From: an uncultured virus (IMG/VR IMGVR_UViG_3300031992_001727)
Taxonomy: Duplodnaviria; Heunggongvirae; Uroviricota; Caudoviricetes
Virus record (IMG/VR): IMGVR_UViG_3300031992_001727
DNA: 64,000 nt
Reading direction: 5' to 3' (one strand)
This document shows positions 47,855 to 59,200 of this stretch, piece by piece (positions within the stretch are counted from its first letter, which is position 1; every line of letters starts with the position of its first letter). The position numbers and the translations under genes are program-made. The notes beneath the pieces are model-generated. The model was not told where the DNA came from. It saw nothing but the letters and a program-made list of their open reading frames with translations, and made no database searches.

Positions 47855-49324
47855 CTATTGTTGTTGCTGCTGTCCGTTGATGTCTTGTAGCAGGTCGGCA
47901 GCTTGCTGCTGCTTGAACTCGGTGATGATGATGTCTTCCTCGTTGTTTGCTCCGTATCCGTGTAGCTGGCAGCCGGTGCGTCGGCTTAGCAGCCCTGCGT
48001 TGGTGAGCTGGACAAGGTTGTTGACCAGCTCGGTCATGTTCTGATGGACGTATGGCTCGATCCATGAGTAAGTGCCGAGCTCTGCCATCTGTGTCTGGTT
48101 GCCGAACTGCATTCCGTATCCCCACTTGAAGAGTCGCATGATTTTGTCGAGTGCACCATCATACTCCTTGGCGTCGATGATTGCCCGATCGATGCTCGGC
48201 GAGTAGATGAGCTTGATGGACACACCTGGCATGTCACCGCTTCGCACCTCGGGCGGCAGCACTGCGAACGAGCCTTGGAAAATCATCTTGAGCAGCACGT
48301 CAAGCTGTAGCTTGAATGCCTCGACATTGCCTTGCGGCTCGAGGTATGACGCTTTTCCGTTGACTCCCGCGTCGATTGCCTTCACCGCTCCATACATGTC
48401 GGCCTTAATGTCGATTTCGTCGCCGTTGAGCACCATGATTGGGAAGGCGTATGCCTGGTTGTTCTGGCAGAGGTTTGAGACCGCTAGTTCGTACTTGTCG
48501 ATAGAATCTTGCGACCCGCTCCAGCACGGGCCGTCGTCGTCGCGCATATAAACGATTGGCACCTCACGGAACCCATGTGGTGTGGGTGGCATGTCGATTG
48601 TGAATCCGTCCGTTCCGAGGAAGTCCTTGATGTTGTTGATGATTCCTTGCAGTCCCTGGTTGTCTCGGCGGTAGCGTGTCATGTTGCGTCGGTCCCAGAC
48701 TTCGACGAATGTGATGACCGAGTTTCCCTTTGCGTCGTAAGTGTCATACATTCTTGCGAACGTCTCCAGTTCTCCGTCATCGCCGTAGTGCGGGAAGAGC
48801 GTGTCACCGAGGTCGTAGGCCAGTGCTTTCCATTGTACCTTCTTGTCGCGCATGTAGAAGCACAGCGCGCCGTCGGCTGTCTTCTTTGTCGCTCTTGCCA
48901 GCTGGTAGAATGCCAACTCGATGTTGCAGTCGAGCCAGCCCGTGCGCAAGTTCATGAAAAGGTCTTGCTCCTGCGCAGTGTTGTGGACTCCCGTGAGTTC
49001 GTGGTGTATGTCGTTTCCGCAGAGGTGCACCAGCTGCTGGATGAGTATCATTCGCTGGAATGGGAATGCCACACGGAAGAGGTATTCCTTGTAGTACTGC
49101 TTTGTTTCCTCGTTGTACTTGACCCTGTCGGGGTGCGCCAGCGTTGAGTTGATGTCGTGCCCGGCGGGATCGTACTGCCGGAGGAAGTCGCTCTGCTCAT
49201 AGATGATGTGCGCTGCTTTTTGGTTGCGTGGCAGCCTGGGCTTGATGTCGGAAGTGACGAGCCTTGGTGCCTCGGCGGGGACGATTTGCGTCCATGGCTT
49301 TTTTGTCAGGATGAAGTTGTTCAT
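47855..49324 (-). CDS. Portal protein (SPP1 gp6-like)
   Basis: 489 aa, adjacent to terminase; PHGF.EVPIVY, SGD.PGVSIKL.YSP. Confidence 0.8.
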   Translation of the reverse strand: MNNFILTKKPWTQIVPAEAPRLVTSDIKPRLPRNQKAAHIIYEQSDFLRQYDPAGHDINSTLAHPDRVKYNEETKQYYKEYLFRVAFPFQRMILIQQLVHLCGNDIHHELTGVHNTAQEQDLFMNLRTGWLDCNIELAFYQLARATKKTADGALCFYMRDKKVQWKALAYDLGDTLFPHYGDDGELETFARMYDTYDAKGNSVITFVEVWDRRNMTRYRRDNQGLQGIINNIKDFLGTDGFTIDMPPTPHGFREVPIVYMRDDDGPCWSGSQDSIDKYELAVSNLCQNNQAYAFPIMVLNGDEIDIKADMYGAVKAIDAGVNGKASYLEPQGNVEAFKLQLDVLLKMIFQGSFAVLPPEVRSGDMPGVSIKLIYSPSIDRAIIDAKEYDGALDKIMRLFKWGYGMQFGNQTQMAELGTYSWIEPYVHQNMTELVNNLVQLTNAGLLSRRTGCQLHGYGANNEEDIIITEFKQQQAADLLQDINGQQQQQ

Positions 49325-49399
49325 TGTTTTTTGTTTTTGTTGTTCTGTGCGGGCCGGGTGGCCCGCAATACTGAACGTGTTGTTACTTATTGTTTCTTT

Positions 49400-51082
49400 T
49401 TAGAGGAATCCTAGGCCGTGTCTCCGTTTCATCTGCTTGATGTCGAAAATCATGACCATGAGCATTGCCTCGATGAAGTCGGGTGAGTGGCCTACCAGCT
49501 TTTTCATGACCGCCTTTTTTGGCAGCGTGAATCCGTGGTCGGTTCGTGTCTCGTCTCGTCGGAGCGCGTTCTTCTCGTTGATGAGTATCTCGCGCAGCGT
49601 GCGTTTTGAGTATCCGTGTCCCGAGAACTTTCGCTCCAGCAGCTCCGGCTCGATTGAGAACTCGCCGGCCTTGATGGCTTGTGTGAAGAGATATGCCGCC
49701 TTGGACTTGAAATCGTTGTAGACGTACTTCTCGTTTGGTGGTATGTTGCCTTGGTTTGTGAACGGGACCGCATCGGGGAAATGGCCTTTGAACAGCTGCC
49801 CGAGGCCTGAGAGGTCGTAGGTGAAATTTCGCTGTGGCACTCCCCACTCGTCGAGTTTGGCTGCAACAGCCTGCGGTGTGCGCACCGAGTCGAGCTTGCT
49901 GGTGAAGATGTCGTAGAGGTGCCTTCGGTTCCCTTTCCACAGACATAGGACGAGGTTGTCACCCCCGTCAAGTGCCACGTCGCATGATGCGTATGGCTGG
50001 TTGTCCATGGACTGTCGGTCGTTGTCGAACCACCGTTCCATGTCGGCGAGTTTGAGCAGCGCGGTTCCAACCTCTCGGTATTTCCAGTTTCCGTCAAGGT
50101 CGCGTGCCCGCTGTGCCTCGTCCTGGTTGGCGAGGTTGGCGAGATAGGTAGGGTCGGAGCGCATGAGCTGCCTGTTCTCTGTGACCTTTCCCTCAATGAA
50201 GCAGACCGACTTGATGAACAGGTCTTGCGGTTTGCCATACTGCGCCATGTCCTCGCGCCAGTATCGGTCGATGGTTCCTCTGCACTTCTGGTAGACCTCT
50301 TCGCGTGTGTCTCCCCATGTGATGCTTGTAGGGTCATCTCCGTCCATGAAGCAGTAGCGCAGTCTTCCGTTCCGCTCGGGTATCGGGTACCCGTCATCGT
50401 CGATCCACCAGTCGATGAACCTTGCCACCCATGACTCCGGGTCTGGGTTGCAGGTTCCGTAGACTCTGTTTCGGATGAAGAACGCATTACGGTTGTCGGT
50501 GATGATGTACTTGAACTTGTTGTATGGCATGTGTGTGATCTCGTCTATTGCAATGTAGGCGAAATCTTTTCCTTGCCATCGTATCTTGAAGTCCTTGATG
50601 TCGTCGGCGTAGTATCCGAAGCGCAGGAACCCTCCTGCATGGAAGTTCCACGTCATGTCGTCCTTTGATCGGTTGTAGTCACCGAAGTGCTTGTACAGCT
50701 GGTAGGACGTCTCGATGATTGCGTCAAGGTCGGACTTTTCGTTACGCATGATGAGTGCGTGGAAGTTGGGGTTGTAGATGTCGTTCAGCGCGTCCATGAG
50801 GATGCCGTAGGATTTCCCGCCGCCACGGGAGCCACCGTAGATGGTGATGTCGGCCTTTGTTGAGAGGAACATTTCCTGGCCACCTTGCTGTATGATCACG
50901 TTGTAGGGGTTGGGCTTCTGCTCGTCGGCTTTTCGGAGGATGGCTATTTGCTGGGCTGAGATGATGTCAAGGCCGTTTTTTGCTGTTTGTGCTTTGTTCG
51001 TTTCTCCAATGGCCGTGGCGGGAGCCACGGCACAGCTGACCGCAGTTGCCCTCTTTGTGCCGGTGGTTACTCCACTTGGCAC
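49400..51082 (-). CDS. terL: Terminase large subunit (start uncertain, GTG proposed)
   Basis: YGGSRGGGKS Walker A, IAIDE Walker B, GTCNP, CDVA..GGD, HSPDF. Confidence 0.88.
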   Translation of the reverse strand: MPSGVTTGTKRATAVSCAVAPATAIGETNKAQTAKNGLDIISAQQIAILRKADEQKPNPYNVIIQQGGQEMFLSTKADITIYGGSRGGGKSYGILMDALNDIYNPNFHALIMRNEKSDLDAIIETSYQLYKHFGDYNRSKDDMTWNFHAGGFLRFGYYADDIKDFKIRWQGKDFAYIAIDEITHMPYNKFKYIITDNRNAFFIRNRVYGTCNPDPESWVARFIDWWIDDDGYPIPERNGRLRYCFMDGDDPTSITWGDTREEVYQKCRGTIDRYWREDMAQYGKPQDLFIKSVCFIEGKVTENRQLMRSDPTYLANLANQDEAQRARDLDGNWKYREVGTALLKLADMERWFDNDRQSMDNQPYASCDVALDGGDNLVLCLWKGNRRHLYDIFTSKLDSVRTPQAVAAKLDEWGVPQRNFTYDLSGLGQLFKGHFPDAVPFTNQGNIPPNEKYVYNDFKSKAAYLFTQAIKAGEFSIEPELLERKFSGHGYSKRTLREILINEKNALRRDETRTDHGFTLPKKAVMKKLVGHSPDFIEAMLMVMIFDIKQMKRRHGLGFL

Positions 51083-51126
51083 ACGCCCTGTATTTGATGC
51101 TGATGACACTCTACTGAAATTTTTTT

Positions 51127-51190
51127 TGCAAATGTAATAATTTTTTTTAGAAAAAGTTGCATTGTTATAAAATTTTGTATTAACTTTGCG
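51127..51190. promoter_or_regulatory. Divergent late promoters
   Basis: TACATTTG on - (about 51130-51137) and TAACTTTG on + (51181). Confidence 0.6.
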
Positions 51191-51245
51191 GTTGGATTTA
51201 ATCATTGAATCAATTTCAGTTTCTCTCATTTATGGTTTTTGGTTT

Positions 51246-51587
51246 ATGGGCAGCGTTTACAATCCTCGGCATCCGCATCACTGCGTAGTTTACCGCATGG
51301 TGGGCGAGACAGAGTTCTCGCCCGGTGAACGCGTCATTCTCTATGATGGTGCTTGCCGCAAGTACACGACCCGATCGTCTAGGACATCTACCGCAATGGC
51401 AACGAGCCAGTACACGCTGAGTATTCCTGAGATTGTTCAGGCTCTAGCCGGTGACCGCATTGAGGTTGATGACTATATCGGGCACTTTGAGGGTGTTGTG
51501 ACCGAGGTGACTTGCAACAACATCGGCACCCAGGACAAAGGCCATTGGGGAGGGACTGAGATATTCTGGAACAGTTGGAAGCATTGA
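51246..51587 (+). CDS. Probable head closure/head-tail joining protein
   Basis: 113 aa beta-rich, NPRHPH...LYDG.CR...GD.IEV; position. Confidence 0.55.
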   Translation: MGSVYNPRHPHHCVVYRMVGETEFSPGERVILYDGACRKYTTRSSRTSTAMATSQYTLSIPEIVQALAGDRIEVDDYIGHFEGVVTEVTCNNIGTQDKGHWGGTEIFWNSWKH

Positions 51588-51620
51588 CGCGGCAAGCATA
51601 ACTTGCCGCCACACGACACG

Positions 51621-52142
51621 ATGGCAGCTAATGACAACATACGGGTTCTTGAAGCGGGCATGAAGAAGGCTCGCGAGCTTGTGCGCCAGAAACTTGGTGC
51701 CATGTGCCAGCCGTATGTGATGGGCATCGTTGACGAGGCTGAGAATGCCCGTGAATGGACTGGCTTTACCGGTAATGCCCAGACAAGCTATGGCGGTTGC
51801 GTGATAGACAAGAAGACTGTTTGGCAGTATCGCTCGGACCATGGTGGCGTGAGCGTTGTCCATGACAAGGTGAACAAGGGCGAGACGGTTTATCTTGATG
51901 CTCCTGTGGAGGGCGAGGCTCGCAGCGTGAGTGGCGATGTCAACATTCGTTTCTCGGACTCGTCGAGCGCATTGGACTATGTTCTGAACTTGCCAGTGCC
52001 TGGTTATAGCCTTGTTGATGCTCGGTTTGCGTTCCCTCTGGAGTATGTGAACTACTTGCGTGAGCACTATGCTAACGGTGGTGAGAATCCGCTTATATTG
52101 ATGCATCAGTTGGCTGCTGTTTCTTTTAAGACGATGAGGTGA
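51621..52142 (+). CDS. Probable tail completion (HK97 gp10-like) protein
   Basis: FTGN..SY...EY..YL. Confidence 0.5.
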   Translation: MAANDNIRVLEAGMKKARELVRQKLGAMCQPYVMGIVDEAENAREWTGFTGNAQTSYGGCVIDKKTVWQYRSDHGGVSVVHDKVNKGETVYLDAPVEGEARSVSGDVNIRFSDSSSALDYVLNLPVPGYSLVDARFAFPLEYVNYLREHYANGGENPLILMHQLAAVSFKTMR

Positions 52143-52528
52143 TGGATGAGAAGTGGGTTGACATATTGCAGATTGAGCGCGACCTAGTGGATCGTGTGAG
52201 CGGCATCGCAGACGCTGTGTATGTTACCGGCAACCCCGCCGCCGTTCCCGACAAGCAGGGCAGCTATATCGTGCTTGCGATGGGTGGCACCGTGACCAAC
52301 GAGGGTGCCTACAAGCGCAGCTGGGGCCACATCTACCTGTATGTCCGCAACAAGGTGAGCGGCGTCCAGGACACTGTCAAGATTGACTCGCTGATGAACC
52401 GTGTGCTGGGCGTGTTCCCGATAGCGACCGAGTATTACAGCGCAATCAGCCCGACGATGAGCTATGGGACACGCGTGGGCGAGTTTACGCGCATGATTGT
52501 GCGTTTTGAACTTCGGATAAAGAACTAG
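52142..52528 (+). CDS. Probable tail terminator protein
   Basis: 128 aa; size, position, P.AV......YIV pattern. Confidence 0.5.
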   Translation: MDEKWVDILQIERDLVDRVSGIADAVYVTGNPAAVPDKQGSYIVLAMGGTVTNEGAYKRSWGHIYLYVRNKVSGVQDTVKIDSLMNRVLGVFPIATEYYSAISPTMSYGTRVGEFTRMIVRFELRIKN

Positions 52529-52570
52529 TGGCAGCGATTTAATCGCTGCATACTGAATAACGATAGAGTG

Positions 52571-53203
52571 ATGGATAAAGAAAAAATCTTTAGTGAGTTA
52601 AAAACGAGGATTGGAGAGACCAGTCTGAGTGACCGTACGCTGATGACTTGGGTTGAGAAGAACTTGCCCGCAGAAGGTGTTGAGCCTGATGATGCGTACT
52701 GGGAGAAAGGTGTGTCGCTGTTGCAGAGCCTGGGTGGCCAGTACAGCCATGATGTAGCGGCTTTTGTCGCCAAGCATGGTGGCAAGCAAGACCCCGACCC
52801 TTATCCTGACCCCGACCCGAATCAAGGTGATGGAAACAAAGGCAACGACGACGCATTGAAGATGCTTAGCGACTTGGCCAAGCGTTATGATGAGTTGAAG
52901 GCGCGCATGGACGCTGATGCCGCTGACCGCGACAAGGCGAAATTGCTCGGTCTCGTCAAGGGCGAGATGGAGCGTCGCGGTTGCGACAACGCTTATGTTC
53001 TTGAGCATGTTCTGAACGAAGCCGACCTTGATGGCAAGAAGCCGTTGGAGACGCTTGTTGATGAACAGCTTGTGCGTTACGACTCGGAGTATGCCAGGGC
53101 ATTTGGCAGCGGTGTTCAGCCCCGTGGCTCGATGGGCGGCGGTGGCGGCAAGAGCGCGGCAGATGCCTACTTCGCCAAGAAGTGGAAGCAGGGTGCTGAG
53201 TGA
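52571..53203 (+). CDS. Capsid scaffolding protein
   Basis: LSDRT, PDPDP linker, coiled coil; precedes capsid genes. Confidence 0.6.
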   Translation: MDKEKIFSELKTRIGETSLSDRTLMTWVEKNLPAEGVEPDDAYWEKGVSLLQSLGGQYSHDVAAFVAKHGGKQDPDPYPDPDPNQGDGNKGNDDALKMLSDLAKRYDELKARMDADAADRDKAKLLGLVKGEMERRGCDNAYVLEHVLNEADLDGKKPLETLVDEQLVRYDSEYARAFGSGVQPRGSMGGGGGKSAADAYFAKKWKQGAE

Positions 53204-53291
53204 CTGATGGCCATCACAGGAGTGATGGCATAGCTGGACCGCACTTGGATAGATTTTAGTTTTTGTGTTATTTTAATTTTCAGTTTCAGTT

Positions 53292-53705
53292 ATGAGTATT
53301 GGAAATACATTTCAGAATGGCAGCGTAGCTGTCCCTGGCAAGGCCCGCAAGGTTTGGCGTGAGATTCGTCACCAGTGGCCCGCCGGCGGCAAGGTTGTCA
53401 ACGTGAGCGCATGGTATGGCGGCATCATTCCTGCCGGCACTCCTTGCAAATATGACGGAGCGACAAAAGAGGTGACTTGCTACACCGACGATGCAATCAC
53501 TGCCGCGTCGAGCATTGCCACCCTTGGCATCAACGGCTACACTCAAGAGGACATTGACTGCCGTGCCATCAACGCCAGCGCGCCTGGCATTGCCACCGCC
53601 ACCGTGATTTATGACGGCGAGATTTACGACTTCATGTTTGACAGCGCAGTGCTTGCCAAGCTTAAGACCGTGACCACTTGCCCTCAAGTGATTTTTGTGC
53701 ATTAA
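53292..53705 (+). CDS. Head decoration/auxiliary capsid protein
   Basis: IPAGTP motif, immediately upstream of MCP. Confidence 0.65.
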   Translation: MSIGNTFQNGSVAVPGKARKVWREIRHQWPAGGKVVNVSAWYGGIIPAGTPCKYDGATKEVTCYTDDAITAASSIATLGINGYTQEDIDCRAINASAPGIATATVIYDGEIYDFMFDSAVLAKLKTVTTCPQVIFVH

Positions 53706-53733
53706 TGTTTAACCACTAACGAAAGATAAAGAA

Positions 53734-54936
53734 ATGAATCGACTTCCTGGAACATTGTATGATTTTCTGACGCTTGGCCTTGGTGGTGAGACTTTCCAGA
53801 GTTTCGTTGACCACTACAACGAGCGTTATGACCGTGCGGAGATTGATGGCTTCACGTTTGCTCCTGTGCAGCTGGGCTACACTTGGCAGCAGCTGATCAG
53901 CCAGGTTGCGACCACCGTGTTGCCTACCTATGTTGACCCCGAGTCTCCCGGTTATGAGATGCCATTGAGCGAGATTGCCGGTGCCACTGGCAACATTCCT
54001 ACCTTCAAGAACCGCTATCGTCTGAACCGCGTTACGGTTCGTGAGAAGTTGCAGCTTGCTCAGAAGCTTGGCAGTCTGAATGGCCTGACCGCTGACATTC
54101 GTGACACGTTCATGCAGCTGCTTGACGAGGGTGTTGAGAGCCACATCAAGAGCTACTACAACGCACTGACGAACCAGCGCATGCAGGTTGTCTCGACCGG
54201 CAAGTTCACAATTGACCTGAACAACCCCCGCGGCTACCGTGGTGTGACGCTTGAGTTTGGTGTCCCCGCCACTCACTTTGACTCGCTGACCGGTACCGCC
54301 CGATGGTGGACTAATGCCGACCACTCGATCGAGGGCAATACTAGCGACCCCATCACGTATCTTAAGGACAAGGTCAAGGCCATTCGCCGCACGTATCACT
54401 ACGTCGGTCGCTTGAAGATGGAGATTAGCCGTGACCTGCTTGAGGATATGCTTGGCCACAGCAAGGTTCTGTTGACCCTTGGCCAGCGTCTGTATCCGAT
54501 CAGTGCTGTTGACACCGCCGCTGGCAATGCCGCCGCTGTCAACTATGCTAAGAACAGCAGCGAGGATGCCTTGCTTGCTGAGCTGCGCAAGGTGATTGGT
54601 GTAGACTCGATTGTTGCCCGCGACAGCTGGGCATACGTGAGCGCGCCCGGCACGAACGCTGCTGGTGATCCCGACCTTGTGGCTACCCCGATTCAGAACT
54701 TCGACTCGCACAATGTGGCGTTCTTGCCTGAGGGCAACATCGGCCAGTTCATGGGCGTTGAGCCTCTGACCCTGGGTTATGACCCCGACAAGGTGGCATC
54801 GTACAACGGTGGCCGTCTGAAACTGCAAGAGCGTGCCGAGCCTGACACCCACTCGATTTACATTGACTCGGAGGCTGCACAGCTTGCTGTGCCTAGCCAG
54901 CCGCATAATATGTTTATCTGCACGGTGACGGCTTAG
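53734..54936 (+). CDS. Major capsid protein (lambda gpE-like)
   Basis: 400 aa; Q.VSTG...NNP.G, WW...SDPI..L, C-terminal LAVP..P. Confidence 0.8.
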   Translation: MNRLPGTLYDFLTLGLGGETFQSFVDHYNERYDRAEIDGFTFAPVQLGYTWQQLISQVATTVLPTYVDPESPGYEMPLSEIAGATGNIPTFKNRYRLNRVTVREKLQLAQKLGSLNGLTADIRDTFMQLLDEGVESHIKSYYNALTNQRMQVVSTGKFTIDLNNPRGYRGVTLEFGVPATHFDSLTGTARWWTNADHSIEGNTSDPITYLKDKVKAIRRTYHYVGRLKMEISRDLLEDMLGHSKVLLTLGQRLYPISAVDTAAGNAAAVNYAKNSSEDALLAELRKVIGVDSIVARDSWAYVSAPGTNAAGDPDLVATPIQNFDSHNVAFLPEGNIGQFMGVEPLTLGYDPDKVASYNGGRLKLQERAEPDTHSIYIDSEAAQLAVPSQPHNMFICTVTA

Positions 54937-55046
54937 TGAGTGTTACTTGCCGTCACTGGAGTGGTGGCTGAGCTATTACTTGCCGTCACAGGAGTGACGG
55001 CATAGCGAGACCGATGGTATTTTAATTGACAATAAAGGTTAGAGTT

Positions 55047-55436
55047 ATGGCAGCGAAGTGTGGTATTACGATAGAGGAGCATCTGCGTGGTCTTGTGGAG
55101 AAGTTTGACTTGTCGGACACGACCATCAGTTCGATCTTGATAGATGCAGGCATTAGTGAGGGCATGCCCGTGAGCGAGTTGAGCCGCGAGCAGCTAGACC
55201 TTGCTGTGGCGCATCTGTACTTGTGGTGCTTGCACTTCTTGCCTTACTCGAAGAACAACACCAAGGATGCCGATGGCGGCTGGGAGCACACCGAGGGTGG
55301 CTATCAGCTGCTGGCGGCAGACCGCGAGCGATGGTGGGCTTACTTGCGCTGGTTGTGGCGCAGGTGGCGTTGGCCTTGGCTTGAGGAGTTGCTTGACGAG
55401 GAGAAGTCGAGCAAGGTGGTTGTGTTCAACCTTTAG
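55047..55436 (+). CDS. Head-tail connector/adaptor
   Basis: DLA.A.LY.W...DADGGW.HTEGG; follows MCP. Confidence 0.6.
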   Translation: MAAKCGITIEEHLRGLVEKFDLSDTTISSILIDAGISEGMPVSELSREQLDLAVAHLYLWCLHFLPYSKNNTKDADGGWEHTEGGYQLLAADRERWWAYLRWLWRRWRWPWLEELLDEEKSSKVVVFNL

Positions 55437-55495
55437 TGCGAGCCAGTGGCTTGCAATACTGAACGAGTGTTTAAAATTTTTAGAATTTAGAAACT

Positions 55496-56122
55496 ATGGC
55501 TGACCCAACTGGACAAAACCCTGGTGTTATTGATGGGGGTGAGCAACAAATCAATGAAAATATGGCAGCAGTAACTGTAACAAAGGATGTGAGTGCGCTT
55601 CGTACTCTGTTCAACAAGGTAGGTCGTATCTATTTCACTAGCACGACCGACAAGACTCCGGCAAATCTTGCTACGCTTGATTTCCGTTTGCCGATTCTGG
55701 AGGACTCGGTGGAGTTTGACACTGGTGAACCCGACATTGAGACCGTGAACTTGACCACTGGCGAGAAGTGGACCACTATGACCACCGCTGGCGATCCTAA
55801 CATCACGATGCAGTGCGCGTCGTTTGCCACTGAGATTACCGACCTGTTCTTGAACGTGACCGCGGCCTCTAGCGGCAACATGACTCTTGACGGCAGGACT
55901 TATGCCGGCAAGGGCTATGACCTGAGCGCGAAGAAGGTGACTGGTGGTCTGTTGCTGATGGGCGAAGACCTTGAGATGGCGATTTTCATGCCTCACGTTG
56001 AGATTTACTCCAGCATCGGCATTGAGCAGAATGTACCCGGTTACTTCACGATGAATGTAACCCCGCTTGCCAGCTCTGCTGACAACACGGCAATTTACTT
56101 CTTGCCCAAGACCAGTGCTTAG
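55496..56122 (+). CDS. Major tail tube protein
   Basis: LP.LEDSV.FDTGEP...W....GD..I; precedes tape measure. Confidence 0.7.
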   Translation: MADPTGQNPGVIDGGEQQINENMAAVTVTKDVSALRTLFNKVGRIYFTSTTDKTPANLATLDFRLPILEDSVEFDTGEPDIETVNLTTGEKWTTMTTAGDPNITMQCASFATEITDLFLNVTAASSGNMTLDGRTYAGKGYDLSAKKVTGGLLLMGEDLEMAIFMPHVEIYSSIGIEQNVPGYFTMNVTPLASSADNTAIYFLPKTSA

Positions 56123-56290
56123 TGGCATGCTGGCCGTGGCCGGAGCCACGGCATAGCAATACCGAGACAGTGTGGCGGTGGGGGATGCGGTGAGCTGAAC
56201 TCGCCGCCACACAACTTTTGTTTCCCCTTTTTTACGAGCCGGGTGGCTCGCAATACTGGACAATTATTTGTTTGTTAGTTATAGATTGTT

Positions 56291-59200
56291 ATGGCAGAAG
56301 GTGGTGGCCCTAGTTTGGGTAATTTTTACTTTGATGTTATATTTCGGGACAAGAGCCAAGGGTTTCTTGAGCATGTTAAGAACACGCTCAAGAGCATTGA
56401 CCGCAGTATCACGATAAATATCAGCAGCACCGGTGTTAATGGTGATGTAAGCAAGATTCAGCAGGCAATCAATCAGAAGCTTGCGAATGTGAAGGCTGTT
56501 GTACCCGTGTTGTTGAACAACCAGGCTGCGGTTCAGATTGGCGACTTGCTGACCAAGCTGAAAGGGATGACGGTTGAGCTGAACGTGCTGTTGAAGAACC
56601 CGACGAAGAAGAACCTGGAGTCGATTCAGCGCGCTGTTCGCTCGATGGTTGTTCAGATTGATGTCAAGCTGAAAGAGATAGACCAAGCCAAGATAGACGC
56701 ATTGAAGAAGCGCACCGAGGGCAAGCTGAAACTGGAGGCGACGGTCAACATGAACACCGCGCGCAACAGCCTGAGTCAAGCATTGAAATCGCGTCCCTTC
56801 AAGTTTGATGTTGTCGTTGACCAAATGAAGGTAGCCAGGGCCGTGCAAGCGGCATTGACGCAAGCTGGCTATAGCGGTGCCGGCATGACTGCCGCCCAAG
56901 CCCGCGCTCAGAGAGCGATGCAGCAGCAACAGGAAAGCATTGCAAGGATTGCCCGTCAGAATGCTGAGACGCAAGCAAAGATTGCCCGTCAAGATGCCGC
57001 ACAGCAAGCCAAGACCGCTCAACAAGCTGGCATCGCCGCTCAACGCCAAGCTACCGCCGCTCAGCAGACAGCAGCCGCCCATGCTCGCGCCCAAGCCGCC
57101 ATAGCCCGCTCGACCGCCGCCATCAACCGCAACACGCAGGCCAACCGCCAGAATGCAGCATCGTTCATGCTTGTGCGTCGCAGCATGCTTGAGAGCATTC
57201 CGCTGGCTGGTAGCCTAGCGAACATGGCTAGGAACTATGTGGGTGTGTTCGGTGCTGTGAGTGCTGTGCGGTCGTTGTATCGTATCAGGGCGGAGTTTGA
57301 GCGCCAGGAGGTGGCGTTGCGTGCATTGATGCAGAGTGCCAGCCAAGCGCGTGAGGTGATGGGGCAGTTGCAGCAGATGGCGTTGAAGTCGCCGTTCTCG
57401 GTGAGCGACATTGTGAGTTTCTCTAAGCAGTTGTCGGCATTCTCGATTGGGAACAATGAGCTGGTGGAGACAACGAAACGGCTTGCTGACTTGTCGGCTG
57501 GTCTGGGTGTTGACATGAGCCGACTGATTCTCGCCTACGGGCAGGTGAAGGCCGCGACGGTGCTGCGTGGTCAGGAGCTGAGGCAGTTCACCGAGGCCGG
57601 TGTTCCTATGGTGCAGGCCCTTGCCGACCAGTTCACGAAACTGGAGGGGCGTGTTGTGACCGCCGCCGATGTGTTTGACCGCATATCGAAGAAGGCCGTC
57701 AGCTTTGAGATGGTGAAGCAGGTGCTTGACTCGATGACGAGCGAGGGTGGGCGTTTCTATGACCACCAGGCTAAGATGGTCGAGACCTTGTATGGCAAGA
57801 TGGAGCGATTGGGCGATGCGTATAAGGTGATGATGAACCAGCTGGGCAGTAGCCATGATGCTTTGCTGAAAGCCCCGATAGATGCTATCACCAAGGCCAT
57901 GATGGACTGGCGCAGCACCGTTCGTGCTATTGTTACGATGCTTGCCTCCAGCGGTATTTGGAAGTTTGTGAACTACTTGAAGACTCCGCCACAGGCGTTT
58001 GCCGGCCTTCAAGGCATGAAAGAAGCCGCCTTGATGCAGAAGCGCATGACAGCGATGACTGCGATGTATGAGCGTGGTGGTCTGGACAAGCTGAATCGTG
58101 GCATGCAAAGTTACATCATGCTGAGCAACACAATGACCAAGACCGACTGGAAGAACGTGGTGATGAAGAACAATCTTAGCAAGGCCGAGACGATGTATCT
58201 TTACACCACAGGTCGTTTGACCAAGGCTCATGTTGAATGGATAGCCAGCCAGCGCAAGTGGAACCTTGCCGCTCAGCAAAGCATCTTGAACATGAGCAAG
58301 ATGCAACTGCTTGGTATGCGTGCCGGCATTGCCATCACTCGTCTTGCTGCATCGGTTCGCGCCTTTGCTGCCCAGGCCTTGCCTGTTGCGATTATCTCGC
58401 TGTTTGTAGACATTATTGGCAAGGTGATTCAGGCCAAGCAGGAGATTGATGACTTCAACAAGCAGGTGCGTGAGAGTGCGAAAGAGACGGTTGACGACTT
58501 GCGCAGTTACCTTGACAGCCACCGCGATGCGTTTGACTTGGTAGTCAACCCAGAAATATCTCAGGACAGCGACACGTTGCAAAAGACCTGGGAGGACTTG
58601 AAGCAGAAGATAGCGACCTTGCCCGGTCAGGAATTGATATTGGGCATTGTGTCGGATGGTGCTGATGGTGACTTGAAGAAGTTGAACGCGAATGCGATAG
58701 AGTTCTTGCGTACGATGGAGCGTGTGAGTGATGAGATCAAGAACATGAACACGCAGATGGAGTACACGCAAGATGACTGGTTGTATGGCTTGTTTGATGA
58801 AGGCGTGAAGAGCGATGTGAAGGACTACAATGACAAGCTGAAGGAAACGCGCAAGGAGATAACTGCCATCAATGACTACTTGCGTCACAACAAGGTCAAC
58901 TTTGAGCTGACTATTGGTGGGCTTGATTCGTCTAGCATCAATGATATGCGTGAGGCAATCGCTAGTGCTGGCGCAAATGAGGCATGGGTTGGTGAGGCCG
59001 CTACGCGTGCCGCATCGCAGCTGAAAGAAGCCTACGATGAAATGTCTGACGAGATAAATGCCAGTCTGAGGACATCGCTGCTGCCCGTGTTTGAGGAGTT
59101 GCGTCAGAAAGGCATCACGTCGCCGAAAGAGATGGCCGCTGCATATCAGCAGATCATGCCTCAGATACGCGAGGCGATGGGTGCGACAACGAAAGAGGCT

